Below, piece by piece: positions 1-16,316 of a stretch of 64,000 nt of DNA; the stretch's first letter is position 1, and the number at the start of each line of letters is the position of its first letter. Origin of the DNA: the human T2T-CHM13v2.0 reference genome, Homo sapiens; the NCBI RefSeq assembly GCF_009914755.1, contig NC_060932.1, one strand, 5' to 3'. The notes below the pieces were generated by a model. The model did not search any database, had not been told where the DNA came from, and saw nothing but the letters and a program-made list of their open reading frames with translations. The position numbers were made by a program, and so were the translations under genes.

Positions 1-1366
1 TGAGACTGGGGCCTTTGGGAGCCCCAAGGAAATGCGGCTCCCCCAGCCCTGCTGGCCCCTTGCTGCCCCAGGCCCCACCCTAGCCCCTGCCACAGAGGCC
101 CCAGGCCCCACCCCAGCCCCTGCCAGGGGCTTCCTTGCTTCCTCCACTCCCCTCCTTTCCTCCGAAATTTGCATCTCACCTTCCTGCAGGGCCACTGCAC
201 CCAGCCTTCCAGAGGCCCTCTTGGATCCTCTGGCCCTGGCCCCGCTGCCATCCCACAGGTCACACAGTGCCTGTGGCTCACACACACCTTCACTGCCCAG
301 ATCCACGCCTGCCCGGCCCCTGGCTGCCCTGCTTCTGGGCTGATCCCGGAGGAACCTGCTTTCTGGGTCGGGGCACCTGCAATCCCTAAAGAGTCCAGCA
401 GAGGGCACTGTTTGCTCCCCGAGAGAAAACACAGGAAGCCCAGGTCTGTGTGGAAGGGGGTCTGTGCCACCCACCCATCGGCACGGTCCACACCCGGCAG
501 CACAGCCCCTGCCTCCAGCTGAGAGGCTATCCTGGAAGGGGCTGTGACCAAGGAGGCGACAGCCCCACCTGGCCATCTGGCCTCTGCCTAAGGGGCAGCC
601 AGTGATCTCGGACACCGGGAGCCGCCATGGCCTCCCACCCTCTGGCCTCTGCCTCCCACCGGCCCACTGGCTGCCCGGGGCTGGTCCACAGCTAGAAGGT
701 CAACTCCTGCCCACGGGCACATCCCCTACCCAGCTCCCGCCCAGCCCTGGGCAGTCTGGGCCACAGCTGCTCCCCCAGGGTGAATCCCTGGCTCTGCATC
801 TGACACAGGGGGTCGAGGTGCGGAGCAGTGTGCCCAGGGCAGTAGGGCCAGAAGGGGACAGCCAGGCTGCCAGAGAGGGAGTGTGTGCAGAGGCTAGCAT
901 CCCCAGGCCCAGTTCCTGGCATCCCCTGGCAGTCCCAGGAGACACTGACGTGATGGGCATTTGCACCCACTGATGCTGTCAGAGACCTGTGGCAGCCCCA
1001 GGCTGGCTCCTCCCAGGGTCCGGAGCTCCAGTCTGCTCTTTGGCCGGGAAGAGCAGTCCAGGCTGAGGCCACTCCACAAGGGCATCCGGAGTTGGAGGCC
1101 TGTGGCGATCCCTGAGCTCCAACCTACTGTGCCAGGTGTGGACTTTGGGGGCATGAAATTTCTCAGGCAGGGTAGGCACCAGCCAGATTCAAGGGCTAGG
1201 GCACTGCCCAGCAACCCCTCTGCCAAAGGGCCAGAGAGTGGGACACACCAGCACAGCATCACCCAGAGTGAAGCCAGGGGTCCCTGGAGTGTCCCGAGTC
1301 CCCTGCGAAAGGGGCTGTTGTGGGGACACCCCACAGCCCACCACCTGGCCTTGCCCTCTCCACATC

Positions 1367-2163
<797 letters not shown>

Positions 2164-2500
2164 CGGGAGTCTGACTTTGTCCCCAGCAGAGACCCAGCAT
2201 CCTAGAGGTAGGTGCTGTGTGACCTTGGGCAAGGCCCTGCTCCTCTCTGTTCCTGGGGTATAACTACCTGTCCCCCCTGCAGGGCGGTGGAGAGCACTGA
2301 CTGGGAGGAGGTGCTGGGGCTGCCAGTGCTCCAGAGGATTGGGGGGCCAATTAGGCAGGGACAGTGTGGAGGGGAAGGAGGCTGCGGGAGAACTGGGAAC
2401 CCGTGGCCCAGCACCCAGCCCACAGCAGAGCCTCAAACCCTTCTCATCATCTTCCTGGCTCTGGGCCCCAGCTTCCTCTGTCTGAGGCCTGTGGGGTGCC

Positions 2501-2501
<1 letters not shown>

Positions 2502-2563
<62 letters not shown>
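2502..2563. repeat. (CA)n microsatellite, ~30 units
   Basis: Direct reading. Confidence 0.98.
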
Positions 2564-2564
<1 letters not shown>

Positions 2565-3011
2565 AAATCGCCTGCTCACCAGGGCCCCAGCTGAGCACAA
2601 TTCCTCCAGCTGGCTGCGCAGCAGAGAAGCCCCAGCTCAGCTCAGAGGGGCTGGGCTTTTTCCCTCCCTCCCCTCCCACGGCGGCTGTTCTGCAGGTGCG
2701 GCAGCTATCGAGGCATGACGCAGGCCACTGACTCACCACGCCAGGCTGACTCACCTCCCAGGTACCCCGGCCCTCCTCAGTGGAAGGAGGGCTTTGAGCT
2801 TGGGGCTGTACGTCAGCATAGAGCAGCACAGAGCCCCTGACGTGCCAACAACAGTGGGAGGACGTCCTGGGCTGGGCACCTTTGGGGAGCCCTTTCCAGG
2901 TGTGGGGGGCAACAGTGTGGGGGAGAGCCTCCCCCTGCCACCCTTCCCCCATGCGCCCTCGTGGGTGGTCGCTGTGAGCTGGAGGGAGACAGTGAGGAGC
3001 CTGGAGGCTGG

Positions 3012-4009
<998 letters not shown>

Positions 4010-4829
4010 TGAGCTGTGGGGACCAAGGGGGTGCCGGGAGAGAACGTGGCGCCGGAAACGGAAACGTCTGTGCAGACCAATGGGGTGCCGAGAGAGAACG
4101 CTGACTCCGGAAACGTCCTGGCTGTCTGGGGAGGTGAGTCGCTTCACAGGAAGCGTCCCCCGGTGGCCATGACCCCAGTGGCCATGTGGCTGAGGCCCTG
4201 GGCAGTGGCTTCGTGACCGAAAGGCCCTGAACCCACCCCGAGGCCCCACAGCTTTTTCTCCAGCTCAGACACTTTCTGGGGCTCAGTCTTGCTGCGGCCC
4301 TTGTGGCATTTGGCAGGCAGTGGGTGGACCATGAGTGAGTTAGGAGGCCGAACTGCCCACCTCTACAATGGGTTCCCAGGAGAGCGAACACGGGACCCGC
4401 TCCTCCAGGCCTCAGCCCCACTCTGGAATGAGGTGAGAAGACCCTCCGTCACAGGCTGCCCTGAAGAAGGGTGCAGGAGCCCTGGGCCCCAGGGAGCAGA
4501 GTCCGAATCCAGACAGCAGGAGAGGAGGGCTCCACACACTAGGGGAGGAACCAGGATCTCAGCTGGCCTGCTCCGAGGGTCATTCACACCTGCAGCCCCA
4601 CCAATCTGCTCCCCCTCTCAGGGACCCTATCCTCCACCTCTAAAGTGGGGATGTCAGGCAAAGCGGGTATGAAGTCAGGGGGAGACTGACAAGGAGCACA
4701 TTGTGAACTCTGGTACTGAGATCACCAGGAAGAGGCCTGGCCCCACTTCCTGTGGAGTGGGGAGACCTGGCCCAGTAGGTCCAGGAGGGAGCAGTCACAG
4801 CAGGCCAGCCAGTAAGGGCCAGAGTGCCA

Positions 4830-5100
4830 GATGGACAGGTGTATGGGTGCTGAACGGACAGGCAGATGGGTGGATGGACTGACAGGGGGACAGGTGGATG
4901 GACAGACAGGCAGATGGGTGGATGGACGGACAGGGGGATGGATGGATGTACGGACAGGCAGATGGGTGGATGGACGGACAGGGGGATAGGTGGATGGACG
5001 GACAGGGGGATGGGTGACAGACAGACAGGCAGATGGGTGGACAGATGGACAGCCGGATGGGTGGACAGACAGACAGGGGAATGGGTGGATGGACAGACAG
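4830..5100. repeat. Compound (GGAT/GGAC/ACAG)n simple repeat
   Basis: Degenerate tetranucleotide arrays with ~20/40-bp periodicity. Confidence 0.9.
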
Positions 5101-7193
5101 GCTTCTTCCACTCAGCACTGCTTGGTTTTCAATACTCAAACGGCCTATAGATTTATGTCTACAGCTTCAACACTGGCTCAGCCCAGCGCTCATGGTGGAG
5201 CAGCAGACTGGGGATGGAGGGCCAGCACCAGCAGAGAAAAGGGAGGACAGGGCGGGCCACTTGGCCCCAAGAGACACACAGCAGCTGGAGCAGGTTTACA
5301 AACTAGATCTGGGTGACACAACCATCCTTTTTAAAGGTTTTAACGGAATCATAGTGACATTTTGATCCCATTTATGAACCGGGAAGCCAGGCTCACCAGC
5401 CCACTGCACCATTTAATGTCAGCAAATAAAATTCAGTCAGTAAGAAACCCCCATAAGCCCTTGTTGAGCTGCAATAAAGCAGTTCTTTCGACTTCTGTCC
5501 TTTGCAAGCCGTGGACACAGCCCTGCTCTTACATAAGCGACCCTCATTGGTGACCCTCTGTGAGGGGCAGGGACCCCACCACAAACAGAAAGCTTGTGTG
5601 TAGGCTGAAGGGGTCATGGGGCACGGGAGGGGTGCTGAAGTTTGAGGCTTTAGGTCCAGTGAGGAGCAGACTCTGGTTTTAGGAATAAACTGTGATGAGG
5701 CCACTGGCAAGGGTGGTGGGCAGAAGGCCTGAGACCACTTGCCAGAGGGAGACCCTGGCCCCAGGGTCCCACAGAGCAGGGGCTGGGCTGAGCCCTGGGG
5801 AGGCCAGAGCATTCAGCACCCATGAGGGGCCTCAGAGACCCCCGGTATGCCCCCTGTCACACAAGAATCCTCCAAGGCCTCCCAGCTGGGGCTCCTCCCT
5901 CTTAGAAGCTGCCCTGAATTCTGTCCTGCTCCCCTAATCTTGAGCCCTGGGGTGGGGGTTTTGAATAATGTCTGTCATTCAGTTCAACAGCAAGGTACGG
6001 TGAGAGCTGGCGGCTTCATTTTTGGAACCAGGGAGAGAGAGAGAGAGAGAGGTTTATGAGAGACCTCATGAGACAGCTCATGATGGAAGTGAGACTGAGC
6101 TGCAGTGAACCCTGTCACTGAAGAGACAGCCTTCACACTGTGTCTTGCAGGGGAAAATACAACTCTTTATTAAAATTTATTGCCCTGAAAAATGGGCAGT
6201 GTTACTTACTTATTCTGGGTAAAGTGGGTTGCAGGTGGCAGGGCTGAGCCTTGGGAGGGCAACCCTGTCCACAGGCCAGAGGCCCCTCTGTGCAAAGGAG
6301 CAGGTGAGCCTGGGGACCTGCCACCTCCCCATGCCTGTCATGGTTGCCACCCTGCCCAGTTCAGGGTGTCTCCTCACCAAGAGTCAGGGTCACGGGAGGA
6401 TGAACCCAGCTCCTGGTCCCACAGATTTGGGCTCAGTTCTAGCGTCCCCTCTCCCTAGCTGTGTGTCTTCAGCGGCCCCTGCCCACTGAGCTCAGCCCCC
6501 ACCTGCAATGAAGAGGTGACAGCAGCTGCCACCACCACCCCCAAGTCCAGATTTCTCCCCATCCCCAGCCTGGCCAGGCCTTCCTGCCCTGCAGATGGCT
6601 GTAAGGACGGCATGGCATCCAAGCCCAGGGCTTGGAGCCCACAGAGTCCCTGGCTTCCCTCAGGGACCCCAGGGGAACTGCAGCACCACATGGGCAAGAT
6701 CTGGGCTTTGGCCACCCCCTTAAGAGAGAGGACCACCTGGCCCACTCGTGTCTGGGAGGAGGCTGCCAGCCAAGGGAGAGCCTGGGCAGTAGCCTTGGGG
6801 AAAGGTGGGCAGGTGGCTCTCCCACCCAGGGAAGGGCCGGCATCTGGGCCATCCTTATGGCCTGCAAAGCCCTGGACACCTCCCCTGCCCTCTGCAGGCA
6901 GCAAAGCCTTTGGCATCTGAGACCTGGGCAGGAGGAAGAGAAATGGGTGTGAGAAGAAGGGGAGGCTGGTGGAATGGGGGCATCTGCTCAAGGCTCATCC
7001 CAGGACCTCAGAAGGGAAGTGGGGAGAAAACAGTTCCTCGTGAGGCAGCCCCTTTCCACTGGCCCTGCAGCTGCACATCAGACCCAGCCTCTGCCTGCCC
7101 CTCCCTGTGTCCAGCAGAGCTGACCTCTGAGCCAAGCCTGCAGTCAGCTTGTCTAGGGTGACGATGCGGCTACGTGAGGGTGCCGGTGGCTCC

Positions 7194-7567
7194 TGTCAAC
7201 CTTAAAAAGATCAGGAAATATGGAATATGGTTAAATGTAATTTATTTGCACACAATGCTTGAGAAAGGCCACCTGGGTACACAGATTCCAAAGAATGGAA
7301 GTTGGTGCTCCCAAGTGGAGAGGTTTAGGGGTCATTTATATAGATAACGTCTGGGAAGCTTAGTGGGGCTTCAACACTGTCCACACAGGCCCACACATCC
7401 AGTTAGGTGGGGCTGTGTTCCTTTCGGGAGAGGCATATTGAACACGGAGGGTAGAAGAGTCATGGGGTCTTCTGTGCCTTCTGGTCTGAGTTGGGTGCAA
7501 GATAATACAGAAAGGTCCACAACCGGGAGAGGAGGAGGGCTTCTCTCTCATGTCATTGACTATTAAT
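7194..7567 (-). mobile_element. Older ERV1-type LTR, left part (right part 18295-18462), split by the MER4A provirus
   Basis: tgtcaacc terminus; sequence resumes after the TAAT TSD at 18295 and ends ...ttttaca. Confidence 0.6.
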
Positions 7568-8704
7568 TGTGAACCTCAAAAACCTGAGACAGGTCTCAGT
7601 TAATTTAGAAAGTTTATTTTGCCAAGGTTGAGGACACACACCCATGATACAGGCTCAGGAGGTCCTGACGACATGTGCCCAAGGTGGTCAGACCACAGTT
7701 TGGTTTTATACATTTTAGGGAGACATGAGACATCAACCAACATGTGCAAGATGAACATTGGTTCGGTCTGGAAAGGCGGGACAACTGGAAGCAGGGAGGG
7801 GACTTCCAGGTCTTAGGTAGATAATAGACAAATGGTTACATTCTTTTGAGTTTCTGATTAGCCTTTCCAAAGGAGGCAATCAGATATGCATCTATCTCAG
7901 TGAGCAGAGGGATGACTTTGAATAAAATGGGAGGCAGGTTTGCCCGAAGCAGTTCCCAGCTTGACTTTTCCTTTTAGCTTAGTGATTTTGGGGCCCCAAG
8001 ATATGTTCCTTTCACATTTTCCCCCTTTTCTTTTTTAAAATCTTTTGGAGAAAGCATCTTAGAAGAAAATGAGTCTCTGGTCTCAGGTTTTTGTCTGGTC
8101 TTTCATGGCTAGGATGTTTTATTCCTGTACAGTTAGGTCCGGAATTATTAGAAAAGCTCATTTTTAGAAGGTTGTGAAATCTCTTGTCCTATGAAAAGAA
8201 AATAGGGGGAAGAAGGGAGAAAAACAACAACAAACAAAAGAACAATCTGGGAAAAATCAATATAGGCCACATTACTCTGAAGCCCATACATTAGTAGGCA
8301 GGTATGAAAGTGGCGTAAATAGTTGCTGTTGTTTTCTTCTGAAGTTTAAGTTGCCTGGCTTCAGTTCACAGGGCTTTATGAAAGCACAGCTTAGTTTTCA
8401 GTGACTCCAAATCAGGAAAAATGGGGGGAAAATACAGAAGAAAAAATCGAAAACATTATTTTGAAGCGTTGTAGCCAAGAAAAATTAGAATTCAGTCAAA
8501 ACTGTAGAAAATAATAAAAATTGTAAAACATTAGGTAAGACTAGAGTCTAACAACAGGTGTATTATAGGTTTTGCCCATAATTTTTCTTTCTCCAGTTTC
8601 CCATTTTTAATAAACACAAATCATGGCAGGACTAGTTTGCTTTATTATACTTGGCCTAATTATTTGTATTCAGTGCAGCAAGAATAATTATTTTTTACAT
8701 AGGC

Positions 8705-8998
<294 letters not shown>

Positions 8999-10941
8999 TA
9001 GGCTTTTAAATTGGCTTTGATGGAACTCTGTCTCAAATAAGACTTTTTTAAAGCTGAGTGCAGCCATGGATTCATATCACCAAATATCTATGAGTTGGGG
9101 GATCCTCTTCTCTTGAGGTTCCAAGATAAAACTTGGGGCTGGTGGGCCTGTCAGAAAGTGACATTCTTTACTTACCACAGGTCAGGAACCCTGTACAGGG
9201 GCTGTGTAGACAAACATGAGGCCAGTTTTCCCAAGGGGCTTTTATTGGCTCTGTAAGTCAAGTTTGATTCCTTAAAGGAAAGCACACCATTCCAGTCAAA
9301 GCCTTGGTAAAGTAACCAGTTTCTCCAAGTGTGTCCTCTTATACATAAAAAGAGATTCTTATTGTACTTATGTAAATAACTGTATTGCCACAAATAGCTT
9401 CCAAATTCTGGAGAAATCAGGTAGAGGAAAAAGAAATATGTTATAAATTTTGTTCATAGGAATATACTAAATTGTTAAATGCTGTTAATCACTCAAAAGA
9501 AAAGTTTCCCTGGTTCTGAAAAAGCAAAACAAATGATTAACAACATTTTAAGTGAAAAGTCAAAATGATTACTTCAGTCTTGTAATAGTTCAGTTGCTGT
9601 AGTTAATTCCTGTTCTGCTTGATATTCCTGAACATTTCAGTTCTCCATAGGTCCTGAAAGTTTTCCTTTTATTCTGATGTCACCATCTCCAAAGCTATTA
9701 AAAACTTGTATGCAAGAACAGCTGTTGCAGTTTTATAGCTTTTTTACAAAATCACCTTCTAAGAAGGACCAAAATAAGACAACAATTGTCTGTGAATGAC
9801 AAAAGGTTTTAGGGCAGCCACAGTCAAAAGCACCATTGACAAGAAAATTTGTTACCTCTGTGGCACATGATAATTTAACATAATAATTATAATTATTACT
9901 GATAATGTACACTAAGTCTTATCAGAATTATAGAAGTTTCCTATGATTTGGGAACACATACCAATAACATATTTATACAAACACAGCCCAAAGAAACCCA
10001 AACACCATTTCATATTTGACAACACTTCCTATATAATTTTTATACCAAATAAGACAAATTATGTCATTTTTGGACTGTATGGAACTTAATATATTAAAGG
10101 ATTAATTAGGTCAGAAAAAGACATAATTTATAATTTGATTTTGGAAAGTTTGTCAAATGTCAAAGGTTTAAAACACTTGATATCACAGGTTATTGTACAA
10201 TAAGTCATTCATTTAACCAAAGTGCTAACTCGATTTCAAAAAAGGTGAAAACCTTCCTTCTTTCAGAGAAAACTTAATATTCCAAACAATAAACCCTAAT
10301 AAAAACAACAGGAAGCCAATTACATTTGTTTTTCAAAATTTTATAAACAACTTATAAAATTTTAATCTTGACCATAAGATAGAATTTTCATAAGCCTTTT
10401 ATAAACTTTATAGCCTTAATTTATTAAGGAGTTAGTTAATGCTTCCAGAAAACCTTGTTAATCTGACACAGGGGTCCATGTGCTGGTCTTGCATCAGTGT
10501 ACTTTTGACATTAATGATTTATTTATAGAGAAACTGAACTTATTTTATCTCTCAAAATCAGCCCTTATAATCTCACACACCCACCTCTTCATGATAGTCC
10601 CTGGGCCTTGAGGAGTTGAATAGCTTTAATTTCTAGCCCTATGTCTCAGGAATGCAGTTTATTTTGAATGGCATCTTCTACTGGATCTGAAGATGGAGAT
10701 TTAGTTCCTGTCAGTGTTTAAAATTTAGCAGGACTTGGTGTTCTTTTTAGATCCAGGAGTCAAAGCCCTGAAACTCAATGTCACAAGTACTTTAAATGCG
10801 CACACAGAGAGATACATGGATGTAATAAATTTAATTTTAAAAAACATTAATCTCATTTTTTTCTAAGCAAACCAAAACAATAATAGTGTAACAACTTGAT
10901 TGCATAAAAGTTTTTGGTTTTTAAAAAAATACACCCTCTTA

Positions 10942-11262
<321 letters not shown>

Positions 11263-12908
11263 TTACACAGACCATTCATGACATGCTTGGACTTTTTGGG
11301 TTGACCTGAATATCCCTCTTTCATAAACAACCACTCATTTTACTGTAGGACTAAATTGATCATACAGGATTCTGTCTCATATAAAATTACTTCTCTTTAA
11401 GCTTTCTTACCAAAGTAAAACCCTTTTATTTTTATAACTTTCTTTACATCTATTTCCTGGTTTCTTTTACCTTGTTTTATATATGACCTTTAAATAAGCT
11501 TTGAATGAGACAAAAATTGCTCACCTTTTTTTAAAAGCACACACTTTTTTTTAGAAAGAATGTTTTCCTATAAATATATTTATTGGAAAATACCCAAATA
11601 ATGAAATATCTATTATTTAATTTAACTTTAGATGAGTTTGCCTACAAGTATTTATCCCATTACATTTACCTAATTATTTTAATTGTTCACCTAAATTATT
11701 TATGAAAACTACAATAGTCATCATTTAAAGTTACAGAACTGCCACTGCAAAATTATTACTAACACAGTGAAAAAGATTTGACCTAACTGACTCCATCTTG
11801 CCTTGAACCTCCAAGCTGTCCTTATTCATTCCTGAGTGTAGGTCAAACTAACATTGGGAGGAACTTATAGTTTAGCTTTAAAACAAAGATGATAACAAAC
11901 CCTACTGGCTGTGGACTAGACCACCTAAAACCACAAGATTAGAAGTTAATGGTAATCTTGCTAAATTCAAGATGTAGCTGTTTTTATTAAATCAATATCA
12001 GTGTCTTATTAAAGATTACACAAGCAAAAAATCATTGTTTTGGGCTTGGTTTATAGTTTTGCAACCCCTATGCCAAATCTTGACACCTTACAGTATTTGG
12101 CAGGGAGAAGTATAAAATTGCTTTAAAAATGCAAACAAAAATGTATGCTGGCAATTCTCAAGACATTTCTAATATTACTTTACCAATAATTTTAAAGCTA
12201 GCTTATTTATTAAAGATTTTACTTAAGTTACATAAACTTCAAAAAGGGTTTGATTAGTATTTTTTTCCTGATAAAGTATTTGATTCAAGTGCTTTTATTT
12301 TCTTAAGCCAGTTAATCAGAGCTCTTTTATATATTTTCAGTAGTGAAACATTGTGTATACAACACATAAATAGTCATATTAGTCATACCAATAGAAGTAC
12401 ATCTTGTAGATTCCTAAGACCTCCTTTTTTTCCTTTATCTTAGACTTGCAAGCTCTTGATAACCTGTTTTATTACCCTGGCAGTTGTCAATTAAATAGCC
12501 CTAAGTCTGCATATTGAAGGAAATGACTCTTAGACGAAAAATCAGACGGCAGAATTTACATCTCAAGGTATAGGCAGAAAAAGCCTGGTGGTGCTAAGGG
12601 GAGATTAAAGATGCATGCCAAATCAAACATAAAATTTATAGAAATCTATCATATGATTGTGTAAGGAGACAACTTTTGTTTAAAGATTACCTACGTTCTT
12701 AACTGGATCTCTGAGCTCTAGACAGAGCCCACACTGAATCCTGGGTCTCCACAAAGGGAGAATTACTATGAGACTAAACCATATGATGCTTTTACAGTGC
12801 ACTTAAAATTTTTTTTCTTAATGAAAAAAAATTTCCTCATTAAGAAAAAATGAAGGGGAGGCAGCGGAAGTTGTACAGCAAAATAAATGTTAAATCTCAA
12901 CCAAATTT

Positions 12909-15900
12909 TGATAGGTTTGGCTATGTCCTCACCCAAATCTCATCTTGAATTGCAACTTCCACAATTCCCACATGTTATGGGAGGAACCTGGTGGGAGGTA
13001 ATTGAATCATGAGGCACGTCTTTCCCATGCTGTTCTTGTGATAGTAACTCTCATGAGATTTGATGGTTTTAAAAATGGGAGTTTCCCTGCACAAGCTCTC
13101 TCTCTTTGCCTGATGCCATCCATGTCACACATGACTTGCTCCTCCTTGTCTCCCACCATGATTGTGAGGCCTCCCCAGCCATGTGGAGCTGTAAGTCCAT
13201 TAAACTTCTTCCATTTATAAATTGCCCAGTCTGGGGTATGTCTTTATCAGCAGCATGAAAATGGACTAATACAGTAAATTGGTACCAGTAGAGTGGGACA
13301 CTGCTGAAAAGATACCTGAAAATGTGGAAGCAACTTTGGACTGCGTAAAAGGCAGGGGTTGGAACAGTTTGGAGGGCTCAGAAGCAGCCAGGGAAACGTG
13401 GGAAAGTTTGGAACTTCCTAGACACTTGCTGAATGGCTTTGCCCAAAATGCTGATAGTAATACGGACAATAAAGTCCAGGCTGAGGTGGTCTCAGATGAA
13501 AATGAGGAGCTAGTTGGGAACTGGAGTAAAGTGACTCTTGTTATATTTTAGCAAAGAGACTGGTGGCATTCTGCCCCTGCCCTGGAGATGTGACGAATTC
13601 TGAACTTGAGAGAGATGATTTAGGATATCTGGCAGAAGAAATTTCTAAGCAGCAAAGCATTCAAGAGGTGACTTGGGTGCTGTTAAAGGCGTTCAGTTTT
13701 ATAAGGGAAAGAGAGCATAAAAGTTTGGAAAATTTGCAACCTGACAATGTGATAGAAAAGAAAATGCCATTTTCTGAGGAGAAATTCAAGCCAGCTGCAG
13801 AAATTTGCATAAGTAACAAGGAGCTGAATGTTAATCCCCAAGACAATGGGGAAAATGTCTCCAGGGCATGTCAGAGGTCTTCACAGCAGCCCCTCCCATC
13901 ACATGCCCAAAGGCCTAGGGGAAAAAGTGGTTTCATGGGCCAGGCCCAGGGTTGCCATACTGTGTGCAGCCTAGGGACTTGGTGCCCTGCATCCCAGCCA
14001 CTCCAGCCATGGCTGAGAGGGGCCAACATAGAGCTCAGGTCATGGCTTCAGAGTGTGCAAGTCCCAAGCCTTGGCAGTTTCCACATGGTGTTGAGCCTGT
14101 GAGTCCACAGAAGTCAAGAATTGAAGTTTGGGAACCTCTGCCTACATTTCAGATGTATGGAAATGCCTGGATGCCCAGGCAGAAGTTTGCTGCAGGGGTG
14201 GGGCCCTCAGGAGACCCTCTGCTAGGGCAGTGTGGAAGGGAAATGTGGGGTCAGAGCCCCCATGCAGAGTCCCTACTGGGGCATCACCACTAGTGGACCT
14301 GTGAGAAGAGGGCCACCATCCTCCAGACCCCAGAATGGTAGATCCACTGACAGCTTGCACTGTGCACCTGGAAAAGCCACAGACACTCAACACCAGCCCA
14401 TGAAGGCAGCTGGGAGGGAGGCTGTACCCTGCAAAGCCACAAGGGTGGAGCTGCCCAAGACCATGGGAACCCACCTCTTGCATCAGCATGACCTGGATGT
14501 GAGAAATGGAGTCAAAGGAGATCATTTTGGAGCTTTAAGATTTGACCACCCCGCTGGATTTCAAACTTGCATAGGGCCTGTTTCAGCCAATTTCTCCCAT
14601 TTGAAATGGCTGTATTTACCCAATGCATGTACCCCCATTGTATCTAGGAAGTAACTAACTTGCTTTTGATTTTACAGGCTCGTAGGTGGGAGGAACTTTC
14701 CTTGTCTCAGAAGAGACTGGACTGTTGACTTTTGAGTTAATGTTGAAATGAATTAAGACTGCGGGAGACTGTTAGGAAGGCATGATTGGTTTTGAAATGT
14801 AAGGACATGAGATTTGGGAGGGGCCAAGGGCAGAATGATAGGGTTTGGCTGTGTCCCCACCCAAAACTCATCGTGAATTCCCACGTGTTGTGGGAGGGAC
14901 CCAGTGGGAGGTAATTGTATCATGGGGGAAAGTCTTTCCCATGCTTTTCTCCTGAGAGTAAGTAAGTCTCACAAGACCTGATGGTTTTTTGAAGAGAAGT
15001 TCCCCTGCACATGTTATCTTTCTCTTTGCCTGCTGCTATCCATGTAAGACGTGACTTGCTCCTCCTTCCATTCCCCCATGATTGTGAGGCACTCCCAGCT
15101 ACGTGGAACTGTAACTCCATTAAACCTCTTTATTTTGTAAACTGCTTCAGAGGATGCAAGCCCCAAGCCTTGGCAGCTTCCACATGCTGTTGACCCTGTG
15201 AGTGCACAGAAGTCCAGAATTGAAGTTTGGGAACCTCCACCTAGGTTTCAGAGGGTGTATGGAAACGACTGGATGTCCAGGAAGAAGTTTGCTGCAGGGG
15301 CAGGACCCTCATGGAGAACCTCTGCTAGCACAGTGTGGAACGAAAATGTGGGGTGGGAGCCCCCACACACAGTCCCCACTGGGGCACTGCCTAGTGGAGC
15401 TGTGAGAAGATGGCCACTGACCTCTAAACCCCAGAATGGTAGATCCACAAACAGCTTGCACCGTGTGCCTGGAAAAGACACAGACACTCAATACCAGTCT
15501 GTGAAAGCAGCCAGGAGGAAAGCTGTTCCCTGTAAAACCACAGGGGCGGAGCTGCCCAAGACCACAGGAAACCACCTCTTGCACCAGTGTGACCTGGATG
15601 TGAAACATGGAGTCAAAGGAGATCATTTTGGAGCTTTAAGATTTGACTGCACTGCTGGATTTCAGACTTGCATGGGGCCTGTGGCCCCTTTGTTTTGGCC
15701 AATTTCTCCCATTTGAAATGGCTGTATTTACCCAATGCATGTACCCCCATTGTATCTAGGAAGTAACTCACTTGCTTTTGATTTTACAGGCTCATAGGCA
15801 GAAGGGACTTGCTTTGTCTCAGATGAGACTTTGGACTGTGGAGTTTTGAGTTAATGCTGAAGTGAGTTAAGACTCTGGGAGACTGTTGGAAAGGCATGAT

Positions 15901-16316
15901 TGGTTTCAAAATGTGAGGACATGAGATTTGGGAGGGGCCGGGGGTGGAATGATATGGTTTGGCTCTGTGTCCTACCAAAATCTCACCTTGAATTGTAACT
16001 CCCACAATTCCCACATGTCGTTGGAGGAACCCAGTGGGAGGTAATTGAATCATAAAGTCAGTCTTTCCTGTCTTGTTTTCATGATAGTGAATAAGTCTGC
16101 AGAGATCTGATGGTTTTAAAGATGGGAGTTTCTCTGCACAAACTCTCTTTGCCTGCTGCCATCCATGTAAGATGTGACTTGCTCCTCCTTGCCTTCCACC
16201 ATCATCATGAGGGCTCCCCAGCGATGCCAAACTGTAAGTCCATGAAACCTCTTTCTTTTGTAAATTGCCCAGTTTCGGGCATGTCTTTATCAGGAGCGTG
16301 AAAATGGACTAATACA
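12909..16316 (+). mobile_element. THE1A-like MaLR element with three LTRs (12909-13273, 14836-~15145 truncated, 15950-16316) nested in MER4-int
   Basis: THE1 LTR consensus tgatatggtttgg...ggactaataca and THE1-int; 3' internal + LTR segment present twice. Confidence 0.9.

Noticed and set aside
13279-15716. Several 90-180-aa ORFs
   Set aside because: Fragments of the decayed THE1-int ORF with stops and frameshifts
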